Program-made: the position numbers and the translations under genes
In this document: positions 35,518 through 46,105 of the stretch, piece after piece
Layout: every line of letters starts with the position of its first letter
Position numbering within the stretch: position 1 is the stretch's first letter
Notes under the pieces: model-generated
Database searches by the model: none
The model's input: the letters and a program-made list of their open reading frames with translations, nothing else
Told to the model about the DNA's origin: nothing
NCBI GenBank assembly: GCA_964019335.1
Contig: OZ025738.1
Coordinates: forward strand, 124,001-188,000
Length of the DNA stretch: 64,000 nucleotides
Direction: 5' to 3'
Source of the DNA: Diplonema japonicum
Lineage: Eukaryota > Protista > Euglenozoa: Diplonemea

Positions 35518-35820
35518 AAAAAAAAAAAGAAAAAAAAAGAAGAGAGTGGGGATAAAAGAGATTCCTGTCTCTACTTAAAAGAAAAACTAGAATAGGAGAA
35601 TTATTAAAAAAAATAAAATAAAAATGTATCAGCGCATTTCATCAAAAAGAAGGTTTTTTTCCCACGCAAGAATCTTTTAAAAAAAAAAAGGTATATTATC
35701 AAGGCCCCCCACCCCCCCTTGAGGACCACCTTCTTTATAATATTAATTGCTAAAAAAAAAAAAAAAAGTAGGGATTAGCATCGTTTTTGAGAGTTTTATC
35801 CACCATCCTTTTCAACATTT

Positions 35821-36495
35821 TCAATTCCGAGCAGGAGCAGAAGGCTGTGTGGCACCATATTGCTCCTGTTGTTGAGGAGCCGTCGGTTGTTCCCCAGCAG
35901 GAGGGTAAGCAGGCTCCCCCTTCTGAGGCGGTGTTGAAACAGGTACAGGGACAGGTGCAGGGACAGGTGCTGGTACAGGAGTGCCCACAATGTATCCAGG
36001 CTGGACTGTCTGAAGCTCTACCTGTTGAGGCTGTTGCTGAGGAGGAGGAATGCTGGGACGGCAGCAGCAGTACCCAGGGGTCATGTACTGGTGGGAGGCT
36101 TGTCTGTGGACCTGGCACATGACACAGAGAGAGCACCAGAATGAGGCACAACAGTCGCGAACCACAGTGCCCTCGATCCCGTACTTCTTCCTCGCCTTGT
36201 CGCGCATCGCCCAAGAGAACACGAACATGGGGAGGCTCCCTATCAACCCAAATGTTGCGTACCCCAGGGTCCCCAGCAGGCACACCCCACAGGACACAGG
36301 GATGTTCTTCGTCTCTGCATGGTCCTGGCACACCGCCTCGTAGTAGTTCCCTGTCATGCAGTACCCGCACCACAGGGTGTCGCAGCAGAGCCCCATGTCC
36401 TGGAAGCAGTCGAACAGGCCGTGCTGCCAGTCGTTCCGTTGGTCAAAGGGGGCAGTCGTCGTGGGGGCAGCGGCGGTAGCTTCAGGTGTCATCAT
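35821..36495 (-). CDS. PLAC8/cornifelin-family Cys-rich protein, copy 1
   Basis: WQHGLFDCFQD..CC..WC; R.KYGIEG...DCC..FWC..C..CQ..R; Pro/Gln-rich tail. Confidence 0.9.
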   Translation of the reverse strand: MMTPEATAAAPTTTAPFDQRNDWQHGLFDCFQDMGLCCDTLWCGYCMTGNYYEAVCQDHAETKNIPVSCGVCLLGTLGYATFGLIGSLPMFVFSWAMRDKARKKYGIEGTVVRDCCASFWCSLCVMCQVHRQASHQYMTPGYCCCRPSIPPPQQQPQQVELQTVQPGYIVGTPVPAPVPAPVPVPVSTPPQKGEPAYPPAGEQPTAPQQQEQYGATQPSAPARN

Positions 36496-37391
36496 GGTGT
36501 TAAGGTGGAAAAGAACAGGAAACCTAAAAAAAAAAAGGGGATTTGATGAGACGGTAGGTAAGGAAAAAAAAAAGGACATAGTAATTATTGAGAATTCTTT
36601 TTTCTTTTCATTTTCTTCTTCTTGTTTCTTTTTTCTTTCCGGACTTGGCCGTGTTGGAAAAAAAAAAAGAGAATATTAAAAAAAAAATGAAAAACAAAAA
36701 AAAGAACAAAGATAGGAATCAAAAAAAAAAAAAAAAAAACAAGAAACGAGAGTTGTAATTACGAAGCTAGAAATCTCTCGCCATTTTCTTCTTTTTTCTT
36801 TTTCATTCTTTTTTACGGAGAATATAATGCTTTAGGCTAGGATCGCATATCAGCTTTCTTTTCTTTTTTTTTTTTTAAAGATCGCTTGTGTCACTTTTTC
36901 TTCTTTATCTCTTGCGGGTGGAAACGTAAAAAGTAAAAAAAGGGGTAAAAAAAAGGGAGGGGGGAAACCACAGTTTGAATGCTTTAGAAAAAAAAAGGGG
37001 GGGAGAGGGTTAGTGGAACTATTGAGGCAACAATAAAAAAAAGCAAAAGAGAGGAACCTGAGAGGAAGAACAAAAAAAAAAAGAAGAAAAGAGGGTACTA
37101 GAAGAGATGGCCTACCACCCCCTCTTTTCCCGTTTTCTTGTTTATGTTTATCATATCTACCAGCATTCAAGGATCCTATGGTTTTTTTCCCCCCTTCTTC
37201 TTCTCCTTTCTGTATCGCGAAGTAGACTATTTGCAACCCTGGGGGGAAACAAAACAGCTGCTTCTTTTCCTACTCCTTTTTTTTTTTCTTTCTTTTTTTT
37301 ATCTCCGCCATAGGAAAAATTCAAAATAACAATTCTATTGCTTCGCTTTTACAGCAACCTTCATTTTTCTCTTTTCTATTCTTTTCTTACC

Positions 37392-38024
37392 CTAAGCCTG
37401 TTGTTGAGGAGCCGTCGGTTGTTCCCCAGCAGGAGGGTAAGCAGGCTCCCCCTTCTGAGGCGGTGTTGAAACAGGTACAGGGACAGGTGCAGGGACAGGT
37501 GCTGGTACAGGAGTGCCCACAATGTATCCAGGCTGGACTGTCTGAAGCTCTACCTGTTGAGGCTGTTGCTGAGGAGGAGGAATGCTGGGACGGCAGCAGC
37601 AGTACCCAGGGGTCATGTACTGGTGGGAGGCTTGTCTGTGGACCTGGCACATGACACAGAGAGAGCACCAGAATGAGGCACAACAGTCGCGAACCACAGT
37701 GCCCTCGATCCCGTACTTCTTCCTCGCCTTGTCGCGCATTGCCCAAGAGAACACGAACATGGGGAGGCTCCCTATCAACCCAAATGTTGCGTACCCCAGG
37801 GTCCCCAGCAGGCACACCCCACAGGACACAGGGATGTTCTTCGTCTCTGCATGGTCCTGGCACACCGCCTCGTAGTAGTTCCCTGTCATGCAGTACCCGC
37901 ACCACAAGGTGTCGCAGCAGAGCCCCATGTCCTGGAAGCAGTCGAACAGGCCGTGCTGCCAGTCGTTCCGTTGGTCAAAGGGGGCAGTCGTCGTGGGGGC
38001 AGCGGCGGAAGGTTGCGAAGTCAT
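37392..38024 (-). CDS. PLAC8-family protein, copy 2
   Basis: Near-identical to copy 1. Confidence 0.9.
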   Translation of the reverse strand: MTSQPSAAAPTTTAPFDQRNDWQHGLFDCFQDMGLCCDTLWCGYCMTGNYYEAVCQDHAETKNIPVSCGVCLLGTLGYATFGLIGSLPMFVFSWAMRDKARKKYGIEGTVVRDCCASFWCSLCVMCQVHRQASHQYMTPGYCCCRPSIPPPQQQPQQVELQTVQPGYIVGTPVPAPVPAPVPVPVSTPPQKGEPAYPPAGEQPTAPQQQA

Positions 38025-38410
38025 TTTCTTCTTTTCTTTTTCTTTTAAAAAACCTGTTATTATTTTGTGTTTTTGAGTAAATCGGTTTACAGGGGGGGGG
38101 AAAGTATAAAGAGGTTAGAATAAATAGCTTTTTCTTCTCGTTTCCTCTTTTTCTTTCTTCGTGGAAATAGGGTGAGAAAGAAGAACAAGAAGAAATTCAC
38201 TATGACAGGAAAGTGGTTAGAGGAGGGCTCAAAAAGACTTAAGAGAATCTGATTTTAAAAAAAGAAAATGGGAGTCTTTTGCTTTTTTTTTCTTATTTTA
38301 TCCCATTATCTTTGATAGAAAATACGAGCGGAGAGGAACTAGCCGTTGTTTGAACGGTGCTGCCAAAAGAAAATAAAAAAAGAAAAGAAGAGGTAAACAA
38401 AAGAAAAAAA

Positions 38411-38458
38411 ATATATGAGTTAAAGGAAGTCTTCGGGAGACGCCCCCTTGTTCTCATC
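38411..38458 (-). mobile_element. hairpin-only family B remnant (also 39995-40042, 41562-41609, 43146-43193)
   Basis: Only the ~48-nt 3' hairpin is present, between A/T tracts. Confidence 0.8.
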
Positions 38459-38983
38459 AAAAAAAAAAAGAAAAAGAAATATATAGCGCTCGAGTAAAAA
38501 GAAAAAAGAGAAGTACAATTGTTTACTCGGGAGGGGGGCGGGGGGTAGATTGTATTTTCTATCCTTTTTCTTTTCTTCATAACCAGATTGCTTATCGGAA
38601 TAAGAAGAAAAAAAAGAACTACCGCTTGCCCGCTTCAATTTGTTGCTACCGTCAACTAGTGTTGTAGTTTTGACAGCAACATTGTTAAAACAAAATCGAT
38701 AGAAGAGAAAGCGTAATAACACCCAGCAATAACAGCCAGTTGCCAATATAGCCCGCAAATAAAAATAAAAAGGGAGAAAGAAGTGGGTAGCAACGGCCCA
38801 CCGCGGTGGCGTGCCTACCTAATGATGCTCCCCTTTTGGGGTCGTTCCCCGCTACCCACTACAGTGCCTAGCTGACAAAAGTAAAAGAAGGGGGTGGAAG
38901 ACCATCTATAAATCCAAAAACTAAAACTTTCATATTTGTCGTAAGTAAAGGAACGTTTCTTTCTTTTTTTTCTTCTTTGTACC

Positions 38984-39616
38984 TTAAGCCTGTTGTTGAG
39001 GAGCCGTCGGTTGTTCCCCAGCAGGAGGGTAAGCAGGCTCCCCCTTCTGAGGCGGTGTTGAAACAGGTACAGGGACAGGTGCAGGGACAGGTGCTGGTAC
39101 AGGAGTGCCCACAATGTATCCAGGCTGGACTGTCTGAAGCTCTACCTGTTGAGGCTGTTGCTGAGGAGGAGGAATGCTGGGACGGCAGCAGCAGTACCCA
39201 GGGGTCATGTACTGGTGGGAGGCTTGTCTGTGGACCTGGCACATGACACAGAGAGAGCACCAGAATGAGGCACAACAGTCGCGAACCACAGTGCCCTCGA
39301 TCCCGTACTTCTTCCTCGCCTTGTCGCGCATTGCCCAAGAGAACACGAACATGGGGAGGCTTCCTATCAGCCCAAATGTTGCGTACCCCAGGGTCCCCAG
39401 CAGGCACACCCCACAGGACACAGGGATGTTCTTCGTCTCTGCATGGTCCTGGCACACCGCCTCGTAGTAGTTCCCTGTCATGCAGTACCCGCACCACAGG
39501 GTGTCGCAGCAGAGCCCCATGTCCTGGAAGCAGTCGAACAGGCCGTGCTGCCAGTCGTTCCGTTGGTCAAAGGGGGCAGTCGTCGTGGGGGCAGCGGCGG
39601 AAGGTTGCGAAGTCAT
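38984..39616 (-). CDS. PLAC8-family protein, copy 3
   Basis: Near-identical to copy 2. Confidence 0.9.
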   Translation of the reverse strand: MTSQPSAAAPTTTAPFDQRNDWQHGLFDCFQDMGLCCDTLWCGYCMTGNYYEAVCQDHAETKNIPVSCGVCLLGTLGYATFGLIGSLPMFVFSWAMRDKARKKYGIEGTVVRDCCASFWCSLCVMCQVHRQASHQYMTPGYCCCRPSIPPPQQQPQQVELQTVQPGYIVGTPVPAPVPAPVPVPVSTPPQKGEPAYPPAGEQPTAPQQQA

Positions 39617-40557
39617 TTTCTTCTTAAAAACCCTGTTATTATTTGTGTTTTTGAGTAAATCGGTTTACAGGGGGGGAAGGTATAAAGAGGTTAGAATAAA
39701 TAGCTTTTCTTCTCGTTTCCTTTTTTTCTTCTTCGTGGAGATAGGGTGAGAAAAGAAAGAAAGGAACGAAGAACAAGAAGAAATTCACTATGACAGGAAA
39801 GTGGTTAGAGGAGGGCTCAAAAAGACCTAAGAGAATCTGATTTAAAAAAGAAAATGGGAGTCTTTTGCTTTTTTTCTTATTTTATCCCATTATCTTTGAT
39901 AGAAAATACGAGCGGAAAGAGGAACTAGCCTTTGCTTGAACGTGCTGCCAAAAAGAAATAAAAAAAAGAAAAGAACAGGTAAACAAAAGAAAAGATATAT
40001 GAGTTAAAGGAAGTCTTTGTGGGACGCCCCCTTGTTCTCATCAAAAAAAAAAGAAATATATAGCGCTCGAGTAAAAAGAAAAAAGAGAAGTACAATTGTT
40101 TACTCGGGAGGGGGGCGGGGGGTAGATTGTATTTTTTATCTTTTCTCTTTTCTTCATAACCAGATTGCTTATCGGAATAAGAAGAAACTCGATAAAATTT
40201 CAGTGTGCATGGGGGTGCTCACTGTTCAGGAAGAAATTCACACTAATCGGTCACCGTTCTGCGGTTGCTGAAGAAAAGAAAACTAGCTTGCCTGCTTCAA
40301 TATTTGTTGCTAGTTTGTAGTTTTGACAACAACATTGTTAATTCAAAATCGATAGAAGAGAAAGCCTGCACTAAAAAAGACGAAGTGGTTAGCAACGGCC
40401 CACCGCGGTGGCGTGCCTACCTTTCTGATGCTCCCCCTTCTGAAAAAGAAGGGGGTAGAAGACCATCTATAAAATCCCAAAACCGAGTTAAGGATTATAT
40501 CCCTCACATTGTATCGCATACAGTGCTTTTTCTTTCTTCTTTTTTTTTCTTTGTACC

Positions 40558-41175
40558 TCAAACCTGTTGAGGAGCCGTCGGCTGTTCCCCAGCAGGAGGG
40601 TAAGCAGGCTCCCCCTTCTGAGACGGTGTTGAAACAGGTACAGGGACAGGTGCTGGTACAGGAGTGCCCACAATGTATCCAGGCTGGACTGTCTGAAGCT
40701 CTACCTGTTGAGGCTGTTGCTGAGGAGGAGGAATGCTGGGACGGCAGCAGCAGTACCCAGGGGTCATGTACTGGTGGGAGGCTTGTCTGTGGACCTGGCA
40801 CATGACACAGAGAGAGCACCAGAATGAGGCACAACAGTCGCGAACCACAGTGCCCTCGATCCCGTACTTCTTCCTCGCCTTGTCGCGCATTGCCCAAGAG
40901 AACACGAACATGGGGAGGCTCCCTATCAACCCAAATGTTGCGTACCCCAGGGTCCCCAGCAGGCACACCCCACAGGACACAGGGATGTTCTTCGTCTCTG
41001 CATGGTCCTGGCACACCGCCTCGTAGTAGTTCCCTGTCATGCAGTACCCGCACCACAAGGTGTCGCAGCAGAGCCCCATGTCCTGGAAGCAGTCGAACAG
41101 GCCGTGCTGCCAGTCGTTCCGTTGGTCAAAGGGGGCAGTCGTCGTGGGGGCAGCGGCGGAAGGTTGCGAAGTCAT
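40558..41175 (-). CDS. PLAC8-family protein, copy 4 (chimeric)
   Basis: 5' SNPs as in copy 2, 3' end as in copy 6. Confidence 0.9.
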   Translation of the reverse strand: MTSQPSAAAPTTTAPFDQRNDWQHGLFDCFQDMGLCCDTLWCGYCMTGNYYEAVCQDHAETKNIPVSCGVCLLGTLGYATFGLIGSLPMFVFSWAMRDKARKKYGIEGTVVRDCCASFWCSLCVMCQVHRQASHQYMTPGYCCCRPSIPPPQQQPQQVELQTVQPGYIVGTPVPAPVPVPVSTPSQKGEPAYPPAGEQPTAPQQV

Positions 41176-42134
41176 TTTCTTCTTTTCTTTTTCTTTTAAA
41201 AAACCTGTTATTATTTTGTGTTTTTGAGTAAATCGGTTTACAGGGGGGGGGAAAGTATAAAGAGGTTAGAATAAATAGCTTTTTCTTCTCGTTTCCTCTT
41301 TTTCTTTCTTCGTGGAAATAGGGTGAGAAAGAAGAACAAGAAGAAATTCACTATGACAGGAAAGTGGTTAGAGGAGGGCTCAAAAAGACTTAAGAGAATC
41401 TGATTTTAAAAAAAGAAAATGGGAGTCTTTTGCTTTTTTTTTCTTATTTTATCCCATTATCTTTGATAGAAAATACGAGCGGAGAGGAACTAGCCGTTGT
41501 TTGAACGGTGCTGCCAAAAGAAAATAAAAAAAGAAAAGAAGAGGTAAACAAAAGAAAAAAAATATATGAGTTAAAGGAAGTCTTCGGGAGACGCCCCCTT
41601 GTTCTCATCAAAAAAAAAAAGAAAAAGAAATATATAGCGCTCGAGTAAAAAGAAAAAAGAGAAGTACAATTGTTTACTCGGGAGGGGGGCGGGGGGTAGA
41701 TTGTATTTTCTATCCTTTTTCTTTTCTTCATAACCAGATTGCTTATCGGAATAAGAAGAAAAAAAAGAACTACCGCTTGCCCGCTTCAATTTGTTGCTAC
41801 CGTCAACTAGTGTTGTAGTTTTGACAGCAACATTGTTAAAACAAAATCGATAGAAGAGAAAGCGTAATAACACCCAGCAATAACAGCCAGTTGCCAATAT
41901 AGCCCGCAAATAAAAATAAAAAGGGAGAAAGAAGTGGGTAGCAACGGCCCACCGCGGTGGCGTGCCTACCTAATGATGCTCCCCTTTTGGGGTCGTTCCC
42001 CGCTACCCACTACAGTGCCTAGCTGACAAAAGTAAAAGAAGGGGGTGGAAGACCATCTATAAATCCAAAAACTAAAACTTTCATATTTGTCGTAAGTAAA
42101 GGAACGTTTCTTTCTTTTTTTTCTTCTTTGTACC

Positions 42135-42767
42135 TTAAGCCTGTTGTTGAGGAGCCGTCGGTTGTTCCCCAGCAGGAGGGTAAGCAGGCTCCCCCTTCTG
42201 AGGCGGTGTTGAAACAGGTACAGGGACAGGTGCAGGGACAGGTGCTGGTACAGGAGTGCCCACAATGTATCCAGGCTGGACTGTCTGAAGCTCTACCTGT
42301 TGAGGCTGTTGCTGAGGAGGAGGAATGCTGGGACGGCAGCAGCAGTACCCAGGGGTCATGTACTGGTGGGAGGCTTGTCTGTGGACCTGGCACATGACAC
42401 AGAGAGAGCACCAGAATGAGGCACAACAGTCGCGAACCACAGTGCCCTCGATCCCGTACTTCTTCCTCGCCTTGTCGCGCATTGCCCAAGAGAACACGAA
42501 CATGGGGAGGCTTCCTATCAGCCCAAATGTTGCGTACCCCAGGGTCCCCAGCAGGCACACCCCACAGGACACAGGGATGTTCTTCGTCTCTGCATGGTCC
42601 TGGCACACCGCCTCGTAGTAGTTCCCTGTCATGCAGTACCCGCACCACAGGGTGTCGCAGCAGAGCCCCATGTCCTGGAAGCAGTCGAACAGGCCGTGCT
42701 GCCAGTCGTTCCGTTGGTCAAAGGGGGCAGTCGTCGTGGGGGCAGCGGCGGAAGGTTGCGAAGTCAT
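42135..42767 (-). CDS. PLAC8-family protein, copy 5
   Basis: Same as copy 3, offset by 3151 bp. Confidence 0.9.
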   Translation of the reverse strand: MTSQPSAAAPTTTAPFDQRNDWQHGLFDCFQDMGLCCDTLWCGYCMTGNYYEAVCQDHAETKNIPVSCGVCLLGTLGYATFGLIGSLPMFVFSWAMRDKARKKYGIEGTVVRDCCASFWCSLCVMCQVHRQASHQYMTPGYCCCRPSIPPPQQQPQQVELQTVQPGYIVGTPVPAPVPAPVPVPVSTPPQKGEPAYPPAGEQPTAPQQQA

Positions 42768-43708
42768 TTTCTTCTTAAAAACCCTGTTATTATTTGTGTT
42801 TTTGAGTAAATCGGTTTACAGGGGGGGAAGGTATAAAGAGGTTAGAATAAATAGCTTTTCTTCTCGTTTCCTTTTTTTCTTCTTCGTGGAGATAGGGTGA
42901 GAAAAGAAAGAAAGGAACGAAGAACAAGAAGAAATTCACTATGACAGGAAAGTGGTTAGAGGAGGGCTCAAAAAGACCTAAGAGAATCTGATTTAAAAAA
43001 GAAAATGGGAGTCTTTTGCTTTTTTTCTTATTTTATCCCATTATCTTTGATAGAAAATACGAGCGGAAAGAGGAACTAGCCTTTGCTTGAACGTGCTGCC
43101 AAAAAGAAATAAAAAAAAGAAAAGAACAGGTAAACAAAAGAAAAGATATATGAGTTAAAGGAAGTCTTTGTGGGACGCCCCCTTGTTCTCATCAAAAAAA
43201 AAAGAAATATATAGCGCTCGAGTAAAAAGAAAAAAGAGAAGTACAATTGTTTACTCGGGAGGGGGGCGGGGGGTAGATTGTATTTTTTATCTTTTCTCTT
43301 TTCTTCATAACCAGATTGCTTATCGGAATAAGAAGAAACTCGATAAAATTTCAGTGTGCATGGGGGTGCTCACTGTTCAGGAAGAAATTCACACTAATCG
43401 GTCACCGTTCTGCGGTTGCTGAAGAAAAGAAAACTAGCTTGCCTGCTTCAATATTTGTTGCTAGTTTGTAGTTTTGACAACAACATTGTTAATTCAAAAT
43501 CGATAGAAGAGAAAGCCTGCACTAAAAAAGACGAAGTGGTTAGCAACGGCCCACCGCGGTGGCGTGCCTACCTTTCTGATGCTCCCCCTTCTGAAAAAGA
43601 AGGGGGTAGAAGACCATCTATAAAATCCCAAAACCGAGTTAAGGATTATATCCCTCACATTGTATCGCATACAGTGCTTTTTCTTTCTTCTTTTTTTTTC
43701 TTTGTACC

Positions 43709-44311
43709 TCAAACCTGTTGAGGAGCCGTCGGCTGTTCCCCAGCAGGAGGGTAAGCAGGCTCCCCCTTCTGAGACGGTGTTGAAACAGGTACAGGGACAG
43801 GTGCTGGTACAGGAGTGCCCACAATGTATCCAGGCTGGACTGTCTGAAGCTCTACCTGTTGAGGCTGTTGCTGAGGAGGAGGAATGCTGGGACGGCAGCA
43901 GCAGTACCCAGGGGTCATGTACTGGTGGGAGGCTTGTCTGTGGACCTGGCACATGACACAGAGAGAGCACCAGAATGAGGCACAACAGTCGCGAACCACA
44001 GTGCCCTCGATCCCGTACTTCTTCCTCGCCTTGTCGCGCATTGCCCAAGAGAACACGAACATGGGGAGGCTTCCTATCAGCCCAAATGTTGCGTACCCCA
44101 GGGTCCCCAGCAGGCACACCCCACAGGACACAGGGATGTTCTTCGTCTCTGCATGGTCCTGGCACACCGCCTCGTAGTAGTTCCCTGTCATGCAGTACCC
44201 GCACCACAGGGTGTCGCAGCAGAGCCCCATGTCCTGGAAGCAGTCGAACAGGCCGTGCTGCCAGTCGTTCCGTTGGTCAAAGGGGGCAGTCGTCGTGGGG
44301 GCAGCGGACAT
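43709..44311 (-). CDS. PLAC8-family protein, copy 6
   Basis: Same motifs as the other copies. Confidence 0.9.
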   Translation of the reverse strand: MSAAPTTTAPFDQRNDWQHGLFDCFQDMGLCCDTLWCGYCMTGNYYEAVCQDHAETKNIPVSCGVCLLGTLGYATFGLIGSLPMFVFSWAMRDKARKKYGIEGTVVRDCCASFWCSLCVMCQVHRQASHQYMTPGYCCCRPSIPPPQQQPQQVELQTVQPGYIVGTPVPAPVPVPVSTPSQKGEPAYPPAGEQPTAPQQV

Positions 44312-45283
44312 TTTTCTTTTTTTTTTTTTGAAATCTGTTTTTTATACAATTGTTTTTCTTTCTTTTTAGTTTCAGCGAAAAACAAAGAATGAGAAAAGAG
44401 AAACAAAATGAGGGGCGGGGAGGGGGGAGGGGGGGAGGGGAACTCAAAGTAAAAGACAAGTCCCACTTGAGGGCTGCCTCTAGGAGTGAGTTTCAATTAA
44501 TTTTGCTCTCTTGGCTTGCTCCGTCCAAGGATGGGTACAACCTTGTACTGTCTCTCTAGAAGCTTGTAAAAAAAAAAAATAAAAAAAATATAAAAGGAAC
44601 GTTCGGAAGGAGAGACCTTGTAGTGTGCAGTGTGCACACACAGCCAAAGCAGGGCTGCCAGTACTGCCCACGCGACTGTACTCCCATCCCATAAAAGTTA
44701 AAAAAAGAAAAGAAAAAAACGAGAAAAAAAAAAAGAAGAAGAAGAACATACACTTTTCTTTCTTTCTTTTCTTCTCCTTCTAGAAGGAAAAGGCGGCCTT
44801 CGCACCGGGTAAACCAAACCACCAAAACCCCAAAGAACTCCTCGGTACTTCTTCTTTTTCTTTTCGTTTTCGCTTTTGTTTTATATAATCATAAATAAAT
44901 ATATATAAAAACAACCCCAAAGAACACCATGCGTCGGATAATGTAAAAAGCCACCTCGTTTAATTCCTATTCTCAATCTCGCGTTTTTCTTTTTTTTGCT
45001 GTTAAAAAAAAGGGAAAGGAAAACGGAAAAACAAAAAAAAAAGAAAAATATTTATGACACAATCCTTTTTTTTTAAATCTTTCTTTTTATTAGTCCCGGG
45101 TGGTATCTATTTTTTCTTTTTTTTTTTTTTTTCTTTTTTTTTTTTTGCACTTTTGAGGAAAAAAAAAAAAGAAAAAAAAAGTCAAGTAAATTTCTTTTTT
45201 TAAAAAGAGAGGGAGAACAACATAACTGGTATGACTTTTTTTATTCTTTTTTTTTTTTTTTTTTGTAACTTGTAAACATTTTT

Positions 45284-45985
45284 CTAAACAGCCTCGGCAG
45301 GCGGTGCTGTACCATGTACGGGCTGGGGGTGGTACTGTTGTGGTGGAACAGAGTATGCCGGTTGCTGCTGAGGCGCAGGATAACCCTGCTGCTGAGGCGG
45401 AGGCGCCGGGTAACCCCCCTGCTGAGGCGCAGGATAACCCTGCTGCTGAGGCGGAGGTGCAGGATAACCCCCCTGCTGCTTTGGGTAAGGACCGGGCTGC
45501 CCCTGAACAGGCTGGCCCTGAGAAGGCTGCCCTTGAACATACCCATTCTGAGCTACCACGGCAGGCTGGTACTGAATGTTGGGTTTGCAACAGCAGTACC
45601 CAGGGCTGAGGCTATGCTTGGAAGCTTCACGGTGCACCTGGCAAAGGACGCACGCAGAACACCAGAAAGAAGCACAGAAATCCTGGCAGCAGTCCCCGGC
45701 TATACCATACTTCCCTCTAGTTTTGCTGCGCATGCACCATGCAAAGGCCATCAGAGGCAAGTTGCCTATCAAAGGGCTCACCCAGTAAAAACCCAAACCG
45801 AGTACCAAACAACCACAGGCTATGGGGCAGTTCGTCGCGTATGCCCTGCTGTTGTACAAAGACTCGTAGTAGTTCCCAGTCATGCATAACGCGCACCAGC
45901 AAGTGTCGCAGCAAAGCCCTGTGTCATCGAAACACCCGCACAGGCCGGCTTCCCAAGCTTTACTCTGAAACGGTGCGTTAGCCAT
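45284..45985 (-). CDS. PLAC8-family protein, divergent copy 7 with QQGYPAP repeats
   Basis: WEAGLCGCFDD..; start MANAP at 45985. Confidence 0.88.
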   Translation of the reverse strand: MANAPFQSKAWEAGLCGCFDDTGLCCDTCWCALCMTGNYYESLYNSRAYATNCPIACGCLVLGLGFYWVSPLIGNLPLMAFAWCMRSKTRGKYGIAGDCCQDFCASFWCSACVLCQVHREASKHSLSPGYCCCKPNIQYQPAVVAQNGYVQGQPSQGQPVQGQPGPYPKQQGGYPAPPPQQQGYPAPQQGGYPAPPPQQQGYPAPQQQPAYSVPPQQYHPQPVHGTAPPAEAV

Positions 45986-46105
45986 TTTCTTTTTTTTCTT
46001 TTCCCTTTTGAAAGCTTGTATTGAAAAAATGTTGTTGAAAAAAAAAAAAAGAAAGAAAAAAGAAAAAACTAGTTTGGCGCTCCATTTGTTTGTGCGCACG
46101 AGCGG

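Larger units (their letters stand above)
37500..44300. repeat. near-perfect tandem duplication, period 3151 bp
   Basis: ORF coordinates repeat at +3151 (38024/41175, 39616/42767, 40558/43709). Confidence 0.92.
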
